Positions 19,295 through 27,456 of a stretch of DNA of 42,360 nt are shown here, one piece after another; position 1 is the stretch's first letter; each line of letters begins with the position of its first letter. The position numbers and the translations under genes were made by a program. The notes beneath the pieces were generated by a model. It was not told where the DNA came from. It searched no databases and saw only the letters and a program-made list of their open reading frames with translations. The DNA comes from Actinomycetes bacterium (GTDB lineage Bacteria; Actinomycetota; Acidimicrobiia; Acidimicrobiales; RAAP-2), in assembly GCA_021802025.1 (NCBI GenBank), contig JAKABC010000001.1:1-42360 (forward strand), in the 5' to 3' direction.

Positions 19295-20387
19295 GTGGGG
19301 CTCCGGGGGTCGACGTTGGGCGAGGCTTCGCGCCCAGGTGGCGAGCCAGCCAGTCCGCAGCGTAGGGCCGGTGCCGGTAGGTGACGTTCGCGCAGCCGTG
19401 GTTGCCCTCGTCGAGGACGAGCAACTCCGCGGGACCGGCCGCCTCGGCGACGAGGCGCTCGCCCTCGCGCCACGAGAAGAGCCGATCGCGCCGGCCCTGG
19501 ATGACCAAGAGGGGACTGGTGATCGACGGCGCGCGACCGACCAGCGTGAGCTCCGCGGCTCGGCGCGCGGCCTCGGCGTCGTCGGCGCTGTGGGAGCGCA
19601 CGGCGAAGGCCCGCCGGGTGAGGGGGTTGAGCGACGCCCAGGCGGCGGCGAAGTCGTACGGCCCCGAGAGGGCCACCGTGGCGCGCACGCCGAGGCCGGC
19701 CGCCGCGATCCGCGCGGCGTAGTAGCCCCCGAGGGACACGCCCCAGACGCCGACCCGGCTCGCATCGACCTCGGGACGGCTCCTCAGGTAGTCCAACGCG
19801 ACCTCGCCCACGACCTCCCAGTCCGGACGGATCGGCAGGTCCCACTCCACTTCCCCCTGGCCCGGACCCTCGAGCGACACGGTGGCCAGACCCCGCTCGA
19901 GGAAGGCTCGCTCGACCTCGCGGAACTCCTCCTTCGCCGAGTCGAGCCCCGGGATCAGGACGACCGTGGGTTGGGGCGTCGCCGGGTCGGGTGTGCGCAA
20001 CAGAGCGACGAGGCGTGACTCCTCGAAGGGGATCTCGAGTCGGGTCGCGGGGGGCGCGAGATGGGCCGCGGCGTCGGTGAGGGCGGCGACGGCGCGGTCG
20101 TGGGCGGCGCGGGCCTGGTCGAGATCGTGGACGAACAGGAACTTCGCGAAGTGGAAGTAGACGGCGGCGCGGGCGAGGTGTTCGCCGGCGCTGCGTGAGT
20201 TCCCCGCGTCGCGTGCGGCGATCCCGAGGGCCTCGTGCTCGGCGCCGGCCTCACACCACGCGGCGCACCAGTCCTCCCAGCGCCCGAGCCGCGCCACTAT
20301 GTGCGCAAAGTCACTAGCGTCGACCCCGTTCGCGACGAAGCGGGGCTGCCAGTTGGCGATGGCGGTCTCCAGAAGCGCGTCGGTCAC
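19287..20387 (-). CDS. Alpha/beta hydrolase resembling 2,6-dihydroxypseudooxynicotine hydrolase
   Basis: GLDSAKEE, EGPGQGE, nucleophile elbow GVSLGG, Asp in RRDRL, His in GNHG; N-terminal helical domain with NW.PRF..NGV; GTG at 20387 after G-rich RBS. Confidence 0.8.
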   Translation of the reverse strand: MTDALLETAIANWQPRFVANGVDASDFAHIVARLGRWEDWCAAWCEAGAEHEALGIAARDAGNSRSAGEHLARAAVYFHFAKFLFVHDLDQARAAHDRAVAALTDAAAHLAPPATRLEIPFEESRLVALLRTPDPATPQPTVVLIPGLDSAKEEFREVERAFLERGLATVSLEGPGQGEVEWDLPIRPDWEVVGEVALDYLRSRPEVDASRVGVWGVSLGGYYAARIAAAGLGVRATVALSGPYDFAAAWASLNPLTRRAFAVRSHSADDAEAARRAAELTLVGRAPSITSPLLVIQGRRDRLFSWREGERLVAEAAGPAELLVLDEGNHGCANVTYRHRPYAADWLARHLGAKPRPTSTPGAPHA

Positions 20388-20418
20388 AGTCCCCCCACCG
20401 GCCCGGATGGCTGGAGAT

Positions 20419-20526
20419 GGTAACGCCAACGTGGATGGTGAGAGAAGGGCCGTTCGTTTGAAATCTTTTCACGGCGAACAGCGCCGGGGCGCCTTGATTA
20501 GCCCCAGGGTCGTCGTTAGCGTTACC
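20419..20526. promoter_or_regulatory. Divergent promoter with two LacI/GalR-like operators and a central TGAAA-N3-TTTCA palindrome
   Basis: GGTAACGCCAAC (20419-20430) and GTTAGCGTTACC (20515-20526) are inverted copies, 11/12 identical; TGAAATCTTTTCA at 20459-20471. Confidence 0.55.
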
Positions 20527-20611
20527 CCATCGCCGTCCCGGCGAGCGACGCGGGTGGACCGCAAACGGGGGGCCACCGACGTCGTCCCACAGATTGATTC
20601 GGGGGGAATCA

Positions 20612-21862
20612 ATGAAGAGAATGAGCACCGTGAGGGTGCTGGCGGCGACCACGGTCGCCGCGGCATCACTCATCGCGATGGCGGCGGCCTCTACGGCCGG
20701 CGCGAGCTCGGGGGGCCTCGCTAAGGGCGCACCGGTCAACATCGGCATTTCGTTGTCGCTCTCGGGCGACTTCTCGGCCGACGGCCAGGCGTTCCAGCGC
20801 GGCTACGAGCTGTGGGCGAAGGAGCAGAACGCCCACGGCGGCCTGCTCGGCCACAAGATCAAGCTGATCATCAAGTCCGACGCGTCGAGTCCGACCCAGG
20901 TGGTGACGAACTATCAGGACCTCATCAGCCAGGACCACGTCCAGTTGGTGTTCGGGCCCTTCTCGTCGCTGCTCACGGTGCCGGCCGGCCAGACCGCCGA
21001 GCGGTACGGCTACGCGATGGTCGAGGGGGCGGGCGGCGCGCCGTCGGTCTTCCAGGCCCACCTCAAGAACGTCTTCGACGTGTCGCTGCCGGTGGCGAAC
21101 GACCTCATGCCCTTCGCGAAGTGGATCTCGTCGCTGCCCAAGGGACAACGTCCCACGACCGCCTACTACGTCACCTCGAACGACCCCTTCACCGAGCCCC
21201 AGCTCCCGGTCGCCCAGAAGATCATGTCCAAGGCCGGGATCAAGTCGCTCGGCTTCACGGTCTTCCCCGCTGAGGTGACCGACTACACCTCGATCGCCGA
21301 CAAGGTCGCCGCGGCCAAGGCCCAGGTCGTCGTGCTCGGCTCGGTCGACGTGCCCACGGTGTCGGCCTTCATGCAGGCCTTCGAGCAGGCGCACTACAAC
21401 CCCAAGGCCTTCATCGCGACGGCCGGCCCCGACCAGGGCGCGGCGTTCTTGACGGCGGTGGGCGCGAAGAACGCCAACGGCATCATGGTGCCCAACGCCT
21501 GGTACGGCGGCTCGGCCAACCCGCTCAGCAAGGCGATGGTGGCGGCCTACATCAAGCAGTACGGCGGGACCCCGGCCGACATCAACTCCGACGTCGCCGA
21601 GGCCTACTCGGTGGGCGAAGTGATGACCCAGGCCGTCGAGGCGACTCACGGCTTCAACAACGCCAAGATCCTCGCCTACCTGCACTCGGGCAAGGTCCTG
21701 TCCTCGGTGCAGGGCCCAGTGAAGTTCAACCAGCTCGGTGAGAACATCGACCCGACCGCCTTCACCTTCCAGTGGCAGGGCACGAAGTTCGTCCAGGTCA
21801 ACCCGGTGGGCGACCCCAACTCGGTGAAGGTCATCTACCCCAAGCCGGCCTGGAAGAGCTGA
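20612..21862 (+). CDS. Branched-chain amino acid (Liv/HAAT-type) ABC substrate-binding protein
   Basis: IGISLSLSGDF..DG...GY.LW....N..GGLLG..I, DASSP, FGPFSS; signal peptide; RBS before ATG 20612. Confidence 0.88.
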   Translation: MKRMSTVRVLAATTVAAASLIAMAAASTAGASSGGLAKGAPVNIGISLSLSGDFSADGQAFQRGYELWAKEQNAHGGLLGHKIKLIIKSDASSPTQVVTNYQDLISQDHVQLVFGPFSSLLTVPAGQTAERYGYAMVEGAGGAPSVFQAHLKNVFDVSLPVANDLMPFAKWISSLPKGQRPTTAYYVTSNDPFTEPQLPVAQKIMSKAGIKSLGFTVFPAEVTDYTSIADKVAAAKAQVVVLGSVDVPTVSAFMQAFEQAHYNPKAFIATAGPDQGAAFLTAVGAKNANGIMVPNAWYGGSANPLSKAMVAAYIKQYGGTPADINSDVAEAYSVGEVMTQAVEATHGFNNAKILAYLHSGKVLSSVQGPVKFNQLGENIDPTAFTFQWQGTKFVQVNPVGDPNSVKVIYPKPAWKS

Positions 21863-21865
21863 TCG

Positions 21866-22750
21866 ATGTCGGGTAGCGCGCTCACCTACGCGATCGTCGA
21901 CGGGGTGCTGACCGGGTCGGTCTACGCCCTCATGGCGACGGGCCTCACGCTCATCTTCGGGGTGATGGACATCATCAACATCGCCCAGGGCATCTTCGTG
22001 GTGCTGGGCGCCTACCTGAGCTACGCGATTCAGCTGCACTGGGGTATCGACCCCTTCGTCGGCCTCTTCATCACGATCCCCACCCTCTTTGTGGTGGGGA
22101 TCGTGGTGGAGAGGGGCTTCATGGCCCGATTGAAGGGGCCGGAGAAGACCGCGATGTCGATCCTGGTGACCTACGCCGTCTCGTTGCTCATCGAGGGCTC
22201 ACTCAACATGATCTTCTCGGTGAACGACGTCCAGATCAGCGCGTGGTACGTGAACCAGTCGTTCAAGCTCTTCGGCGTGTACTTCGCCTACATCTACGTC
22301 TTCGGCTTCATCCTGGCCGTGGTGCTGCTCACGGCCCTGTGGGTCCTGCTGTACCGGACCCGGTTCGGGGCGAGCGTGCGCGCGTCCCTGGCCGATCAGA
22401 CGGCGGCGGCCCTGATTGGGATCAACGTCAAGAGGGTCGCCACCATCTGCTTCGGCATCGGGACCGCGGTGACCGCGGCGGGTGGGATGGTGTTCGGCGC
22501 GACCAACGCCTTCAACGCCAGTTCGAGCTACGACCTGATCTCGCGCCTGCTCACCATCATCGTCTTGGGCGGGATGGGGAGTCTCGGCGGGGCCCTCGTC
22601 GCCTCGATCGGGATGGTGATGCTCGAGGACGTGGTCGGGGTCGTCTGGTCGCCGATCTGGTCGACGATGACCTTCTTCATCGTCCTCGTTATCGTCTTGT
22701 CGTTGCGCCCCCAGGGGCTCTTCGGCAAGCAGCTCGCGAGGACGGCCTGA
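21866..22750 (+). CDS. Liv-type ABC permease (LivH-like)
   Basis: YALMATGLTLIFGVM.IINIAQG, VLGGMGS, RPQGLFG. Confidence 0.9.
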   Translation: MSGSALTYAIVDGVLTGSVYALMATGLTLIFGVMDIINIAQGIFVVLGAYLSYAIQLHWGIDPFVGLFITIPTLFVVGIVVERGFMARLKGPEKTAMSILVTYAVSLLIEGSLNMIFSVNDVQISAWYVNQSFKLFGVYFAYIYVFGFILAVVLLTALWVLLYRTRFGASVRASLADQTAAALIGINVKRVATICFGIGTAVTAAGGMVFGATNAFNASSSYDLISRLLTIIVLGGMGSLGGALVASIGMVMLEDVVGVVWSPIWSTMTFFIVLVIVLSLRPQGLFGKQLARTA

Positions 22751-23754
22751 TGCGCCACTGGTCTCGCGCCGCGTGGGCGCTCGGGCTCGCCGCCCTCGCC
22801 CTCTTCCCGGTGGTCGTGTCGAACCCGGCCTACACCACCATCGGCGTCTTCACCCTCATTTACATGGCCTGTGCGACCTCGTGGAACATGTTCTCGGGCT
22901 ACACGGGCTACATCGCGCTGGGCTCGGCCGTCTCCTACGGGGTGGGCGCCTACACCATGGCCCTGGTGTCGATTCACGCGAACATGACCCCGGGCGCCTC
23001 GATGTTCTGGCTCGTCCCCCTGGGCGGCCTCCTCGCCACCCTCGTGGCGGTGCCGATCGGGGCCATCGCCCTGCGGGTACGTCGCCACACCTTCGTCGTG
23101 ATCACCATCGCGATCTTCTTCGTCTTCCAGCTGACCGCGATCAACGTCGGGTTCACCGGGAGCACCTCGGGGCTCATCTTGCCGTTCATCAGCTGGAGCG
23201 AGAGCTACTACAACCTGCCCTTCTACTACGTCGGGCTCGGTCTGGTGATTTTCGCCACGATCCTCTCGGCCGTCGTGCGTCGCTCGCGCTTCGGACTACA
23301 GATGCTGGCGATCCGCGACGACGAGGACCGGGCGCTCGGACTCGGCGTGCGCACCACGGCGGTGAAGCTGACCGGCTTCGCCCTGGCGCAGTTCACGATC
23401 GGTATGGCCGGGGCGCTCTACGCGATGTTCGTGGGCCAGATTTTCCCCCAGTTCGTCTTCGACCCGCTCTTTGACGTGTCGATTGCCCTCATGGCCTTCC
23501 TCGGGGGCTTCGGCACCCTGGTGGGACCGCTGCTGGGTGCGCTCATATTGGAGTCGTTCCAGCAGTGGCTCACCCTCTCTTTCTCCAATAGTTCGCTCTA
23601 CCTCATCCTCTTCGGGGCCCTCTTTCTGCTCGTCATCCTCTTCATGCCCCAGGGGATCGTCGTCTTCGTCCGCGATCGGGTGACGCGCCGCGTCGCGCGC
23701 GAGAAGGCTGCGGTCGCCGCGTCCGAGACGACCCTCGCCGGGAGCGGAGCCTGA
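22750..23754 (+). CDS. Liv-type ABC permease (LivM-like)
   Basis: SWNMFSGYTGY..LG, SRFG..MLAIRDDE, GG.GTL.GPLLGA; TGATG coupling at 22750. Confidence 0.9.
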   Translation: MRHWSRAAWALGLAALALFPVVVSNPAYTTIGVFTLIYMACATSWNMFSGYTGYIALGSAVSYGVGAYTMALVSIHANMTPGASMFWLVPLGGLLATLVAVPIGAIALRVRRHTFVVITIAIFFVFQLTAINVGFTGSTSGLILPFISWSESYYNLPFYYVGLGLVIFATILSAVVRRSRFGLQMLAIRDDEDRALGLGVRTTAVKLTGFALAQFTIGMAGALYAMFVGQIFPQFVFDPLFDVSIALMAFLGGFGTLVGPLLGALILESFQQWLTLSFSNSSLYLILFGALFLLVILFMPQGIVVFVRDRVTRRVAREKAAVAASETTLAGSGA

Positions 23755-24524
23755 TGTCGATCCTTTCGGTCACCGGGGTGAGCCGCGCCTTCGGCGGGGT
23801 CCACGCCCTCCAGGCCTGCTCCCTCGAGGTCGACGAGGGGTCTATCGCCGGGCTCATCGGGCCTAACGGCTCGGGCAAGACCACCCTGTTCAATGTCGTC
23901 ACCGGCTACGTCCGGGCCGACCAGGGCGCGGTGCGCTTCCGCGACGAGGACATCACGGGGCTCAAGCCGAACCAGGTCTTCGCCCGGGGGATCGGGCGGA
24001 CCTTCCAGCTCACGCGGATCTTCGAGCGCCTGAGCGTGCTCGAGAACATGCTGGTCGCGACCCAGCGCCAGGAGGGGTGGCTGCGCGGGCTCACCCGGTC
24101 CAAGTCCTCGGCCGAGGAGGTGGCGACCGCCCTCGAGCTGCTCGACTTCGTCGGGATCGCGGAGCTGGCCGAGCTGCAGGCCGGGGCCCTCTCCTACGGC
24201 CAGCGCAAGCTGCTCGAGCTCGCCTACGTGCTGGTCGCCGACCCCCAGGTCATCCTGCTCGACGAGCCGGCGGGGGGCGTGAACCTCACGCTCATCAACC
24301 GCATCGCCGAGAAGATCCGGGCCCTCAACGCCCAGGGCAAGACGTTCCTCATCGTGGAGCACAACATGGAGTTCGTCATGAGCCTGTGCGACCGGGTCAC
24401 CGTGATGCACCAGGGCTGCAACCTCGTCTCGGGGACTCCCGAGGAGGTGCGTCGCGACCCCAAGGTGCTCGACGCGTACCTCGGCGGTGGCGAGGAGGAG
24501 TTCGAGGAGGTGGCCGGTGGCTGA
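23754..24524 (+). CDS. Liv-type ABC ATP-binding protein (LivG-like)
   Basis: GPNGSGKTT, GIGRTFQ, LSYGQRK, LLDEPAGG, AYLG. Confidence 0.92.
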   Translation: MSILSVTGVSRAFGGVHALQACSLEVDEGSIAGLIGPNGSGKTTLFNVVTGYVRADQGAVRFRDEDITGLKPNQVFARGIGRTFQLTRIFERLSVLENMLVATQRQEGWLRGLTRSKSSAEEVATALELLDFVGIAELAELQAGALSYGQRKLLELAYVLVADPQVILLDEPAGGVNLTLINRIAEKIRALNAQGKTFLIVEHNMEFVMSLCDRVTVMHQGCNLVSGTPEEVRRDPKVLDAYLGGGEEEFEEVAGG

Positions 24525-25257
24525 GGCGGTCCTCTCCATTGACGGCGTGGTCGCGGGCTACGGCGGGGGCGACGTCTTAAAGGGCGTCACCTTCGACGTG
24601 CCGGCCGGGGGCGTCACCTGCATCGTCGGCCCCAACGGCTCGGGCAAGTCGACGCTCCTCAAGGCGGTGAGTGGCCTGGTACGGCCCCGCCTCGGGTCGA
24701 TCACCTTCCAGGGCGAGAGCCTCGTCGGGCGTAGTCCCCGTCAGATCCTGGAGCGCGGGATCGTCCAGGTGCCCCAGAACCACAGCCTCTTCCGCGAGAT
24801 GACGGTGCGCCAGAACGTCGAACTGGGGGCGTACCTCGTGCGCGACAAGCGGGTCATCGCCGAGCGCTACGAGCGGGTGGCCGCGGCCTTCCCCATCGTG
24901 TCCGAGCGCGCCGGTGACAAGGCCGGGGCGCTGTCGGGCGGCCAGCAGCGCCTCGTCGAGTTCGCCCGGTGCCTCATGCTCGACCCCACGCTCGTCGTCC
25001 TGGATGAGCCCTCGATGGGCCTCGATCCCAAGACCCTGCGCCAGATGTTCCAGACCGTCCGGGGGATGAACGAGGCCGGTCGCACCATCTTGTTGGTGGA
25101 GCAGAACGCCCGCCAGGCCCTGCGCCTCGCCGACCAGGGCGTGGTGATGGAGAACGGCCGGGTGCGGCTGCTCGGCAGCGGCCACGAGGTGCTCCACCAC
25201 CCCGAGATCGGGGCCCTGTACCTCGGGGGGTCGATCGAAGAGACGGTCACGGGTTGA
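24517..25257 (+). CDS. Liv-type ABC ATP-binding protein (LivF-like)
   Basis: GPNGSGKST, LSGGQQR, LDEPSMGL, LVEQNA, LYLGG; GAGGAGG before GTG 24517. Confidence 0.92.
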   Translation: MAEAVLSIDGVVAGYGGGDVLKGVTFDVPAGGVTCIVGPNGSGKSTLLKAVSGLVRPRLGSITFQGESLVGRSPRQILERGIVQVPQNHSLFREMTVRQNVELGAYLVRDKRVIAERYERVAAAFPIVSERAGDKAGALSGGQQRLVEFARCLMLDPTLVVLDEPSMGLDPKTLRQMFQTVRGMNEAGRTILLVEQNARQALRLADQGVVMENGRVRLLGSGHEVLHHPEIGALYLGGSIEETVTG

Positions 25258-25271
25258 CCGGAGGAGGCGCG

Positions 25272-26204
25272 GTGGGCGAGGCGACGCGAATCGGGTGGAT
25301 CGGCTGCGGGCGAATGGGCGCGGCCATGGCGACGCGGCTGCTCGCGGCCGGCCGCGACGTGACGGTCACGAACCGCACCCGAGCCAAGGCCGAGGCCCTC
25401 GTCGCGCACGGGGCGACGATGGCCGACCGGCCGGTCGACCTCGCCGGCCACGACGTGGTCTTCGTCATGGTCTCGGCCAACGACGACCTCCTCGAGGTGA
25501 CGACGGGGCCCGCGGGTGTGCTGGCCGACCCGCAGCGCGCGCCGCGGGTCGTCGTGGACAGCTCGACCGTGTCGACCGAGACCTCGGCCGCGGTTCGCGC
25601 GGCCTGCGCGGCGCGCGGGGTCGCCTTCCTCGCCGCCCCGGTGAGCGGCAACCCCAAAGTGGTGGCCAGCGGCAACCTCACCCTGGCCGTGTCGGGCGAG
25701 CGGGCGGCCTTCGACGAGGTGGAGGCGACGCTGCGCGACATCGGCCGCGGTGTCACCTACGTCGGCGAGGGCGAGGCCGCGCGCCTGGTCAAGATCTGCC
25801 ACAACGTCATTCTCGGCGTCGTCACCCAGGCACTGGCCGAGGTGACGGTCCTGGCCGAGCGGGGCGGTGTGAAGCGCAGCGCGCTGCTCTCGTTCCTCAA
25901 CGACTCGGTCGTCGGCTCGCCCTTCTCGCGCTACAAGACGCCGGCCTTCGTGAACCTCGATTTCACCCCGACCTTCACCCCGGTGCTCTTGCGCAAGGAC
26001 TTCGATCTCGGGCTGGCCGCCGCGCGCGAGCACCACGTGCCGATGCCACTCGCCGCGGTCTGCGCCGAGATCGTCCAGGCGGCGGTGGGGGCCGGTCACA
26101 CGAGCGAGGACTTCGCCGTCTTGCTCGCCGAAGAAGCGCGGGCCGCCGGCCTGACGATGGTGCCCGAGGGCATCGAGGTCGACGACGGACTGGGGGGTCG
26201 CTGA
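25272..26204 (+). CDS. Beta-hydroxyacid dehydrogenase (3-hydroxyisobutyrate dehydrogenase family)
   Basis: GCGRMG Rossmann motif, NRT..KA, AAPVSG, catalytic K in VKICHN, KDF.LGL; GGAGG RBS before GTG 25272. Confidence 0.88.
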   Translation: MGEATRIGWIGCGRMGAAMATRLLAAGRDVTVTNRTRAKAEALVAHGATMADRPVDLAGHDVVFVMVSANDDLLEVTTGPAGVLADPQRAPRVVVDSSTVSTETSAAVRAACAARGVAFLAAPVSGNPKVVASGNLTLAVSGERAAFDEVEATLRDIGRGVTYVGEGEAARLVKICHNVILGVVTQALAEVTVLAERGGVKRSALLSFLNDSVVGSPFSRYKTPAFVNLDFTPTFTPVLLRKDFDLGLAAAREHHVPMPLAAVCAEIVQAAVGAGHTSEDFAVLLAEEARAAGLTMVPEGIEVDDGLGGR

Positions 26205-27451
26205 TGGAGGGGTTCGGCCCGGTCGTCGCCACGCCGGGGTTCCACGGGGTCGACTTCGAGACCCGGGTCGACTTCGATCGCCTGCGGGCCTACCGGCTCG
26301 CGCGGGCGCGCGAGGCCCTCGAGCGCAGCGACCTCGGGGCGCTCCTACTCTTCGACTTCTACAACATCCGCTACGTCTCCCAGACCTGGGTGGGCGGAGC
26401 GCTCGGCGACAAGATGACCCGCTACTGCCTGCTCCCCCGGGGGGGCGAGCCGATCCTGTGGGACTTCGGCTCGGCCGCGCGCCACCACCAGCTGTTCGCC
26501 CCGTGGCTGGCCAAGGAGAACTGCCGGGCCGGCATGCTCGGGATGCGCGGGGCGATCGCCCCCTCCGCGGGCCTGTTCGAGTCGGCGGTGCGAGAGATCG
26601 TGGGCCTGCTCTCTGACGCCGGGGTCCTCGACCAGCCGGTCGGGCTCGACATCGTCGAGCTGCCCTTCCTCTTCGAGCTCGAGCGCGCCGGCGTCACGGT
26701 GCGCGACGCCCAGCAGATCATGCTCGACGCGCGCCAGATCAAGAGCCCCGACGAACTGACCCTGCTGTCCCAGGCGGCCGCCATGGTCGACGGGGTGTAC
26801 CAGGACGTCTTCGACGCCCTCAAGCCCGGGGTCCGCGAGAACGAGATGGTGGCACTGGTCAACCGTCGACTCTACGAGATGGGCTCGGACCAGGTCGAGG
26901 CCGTGAACGCCGTCTCGGGCGAGCGGTGCAACCCCCACCCCCACAACTTCACCGACCGAATCATCCGGCCGGGGGACCAGGCGTTCTTCGACATCATCCA
27001 CTCCTTCAACGGCTACCGGACCTGCTACTACCGCACCCTGTCGGTGGGCAGCTCGACGGGACCCCAGCGCGACGCCTACGCGAGGGCGCGCGAGTGGATG
27101 GACGCCGCCATCGACCTCGTGAAGCCGGGGGTCACGACCGACGTCATCGCCCGGGCCTGGCCCGAGGCGACGTCGTTCGGCTTCGCCGACGAGATGGCCG
27201 CCTTCGGTCTCCAGTTCGGTCACGGCCTCGGCCTCGGCCTGCACGAGCGGCCCATCATCAGCCGGCTCAACAGCCTCACCGAGCCGGTAGAACTCCAGGT
27301 CGGGATGGTGTTCGCGCTCGAGACCTACTGCCCGGCCAGCGACGGGGTGTCGGCGGCGAGGATTGAGGAGGAGATCGTGGTCACCCCCGAGGGCCCGGCT
27401 GTCTTGACCCACTTCCCGGCCCGAGAGCTGATGATCGCGAACAAGTACTAG
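26204..27451 (+). CDS. M24 (Xaa-Pro peptidase/creatinase fold) hydrolase with an atypical metal site
   Basis: Creatinase-like N-terminal domain (YNIRY); IKS.DE; FFD...GYRTCYYRT; GHGLGL.LHE.P; ALETY; RIEEEIVVT; TGATG coupling. Confidence 0.85.
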   Translation: MEGFGPVVATPGFHGVDFETRVDFDRLRAYRLARAREALERSDLGALLLFDFYNIRYVSQTWVGGALGDKMTRYCLLPRGGEPILWDFGSAARHHQLFAPWLAKENCRAGMLGMRGAIAPSAGLFESAVREIVGLLSDAGVLDQPVGLDIVELPFLFELERAGVTVRDAQQIMLDARQIKSPDELTLLSQAAAMVDGVYQDVFDALKPGVRENEMVALVNRRLYEMGSDQVEAVNAVSGERCNPHPHNFTDRIIRPGDQAFFDIIHSFNGYRTCYYRTLSVGSSTGPQRDAYARAREWMDAAIDLVKPGVTTDVIARAWPEATSFGFADEMAAFGLQFGHGLGLGLHERPIISRLNSLTEPVELQVGMVFALETYCPASDGVSAARIEEEIVVTPEGPAVLTHFPARELMIANKY

Positions 27452-27456
27452 GAGGG

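Noticed and set aside
17942-19765. Apparent 607-aa E2 with a long N-terminal extension
   Set aside because: The extension overlaps the hydrolase in another frame; E2 starts at ATG 19294.
25295-27451. Apparent 718-aa M24 fusion or frameshift product
   Set aside because: The first ~300 codons are an alternative frame over the dehydrogenase; M24 starts at the TGATG junction (26204) and no slippery site is evident.
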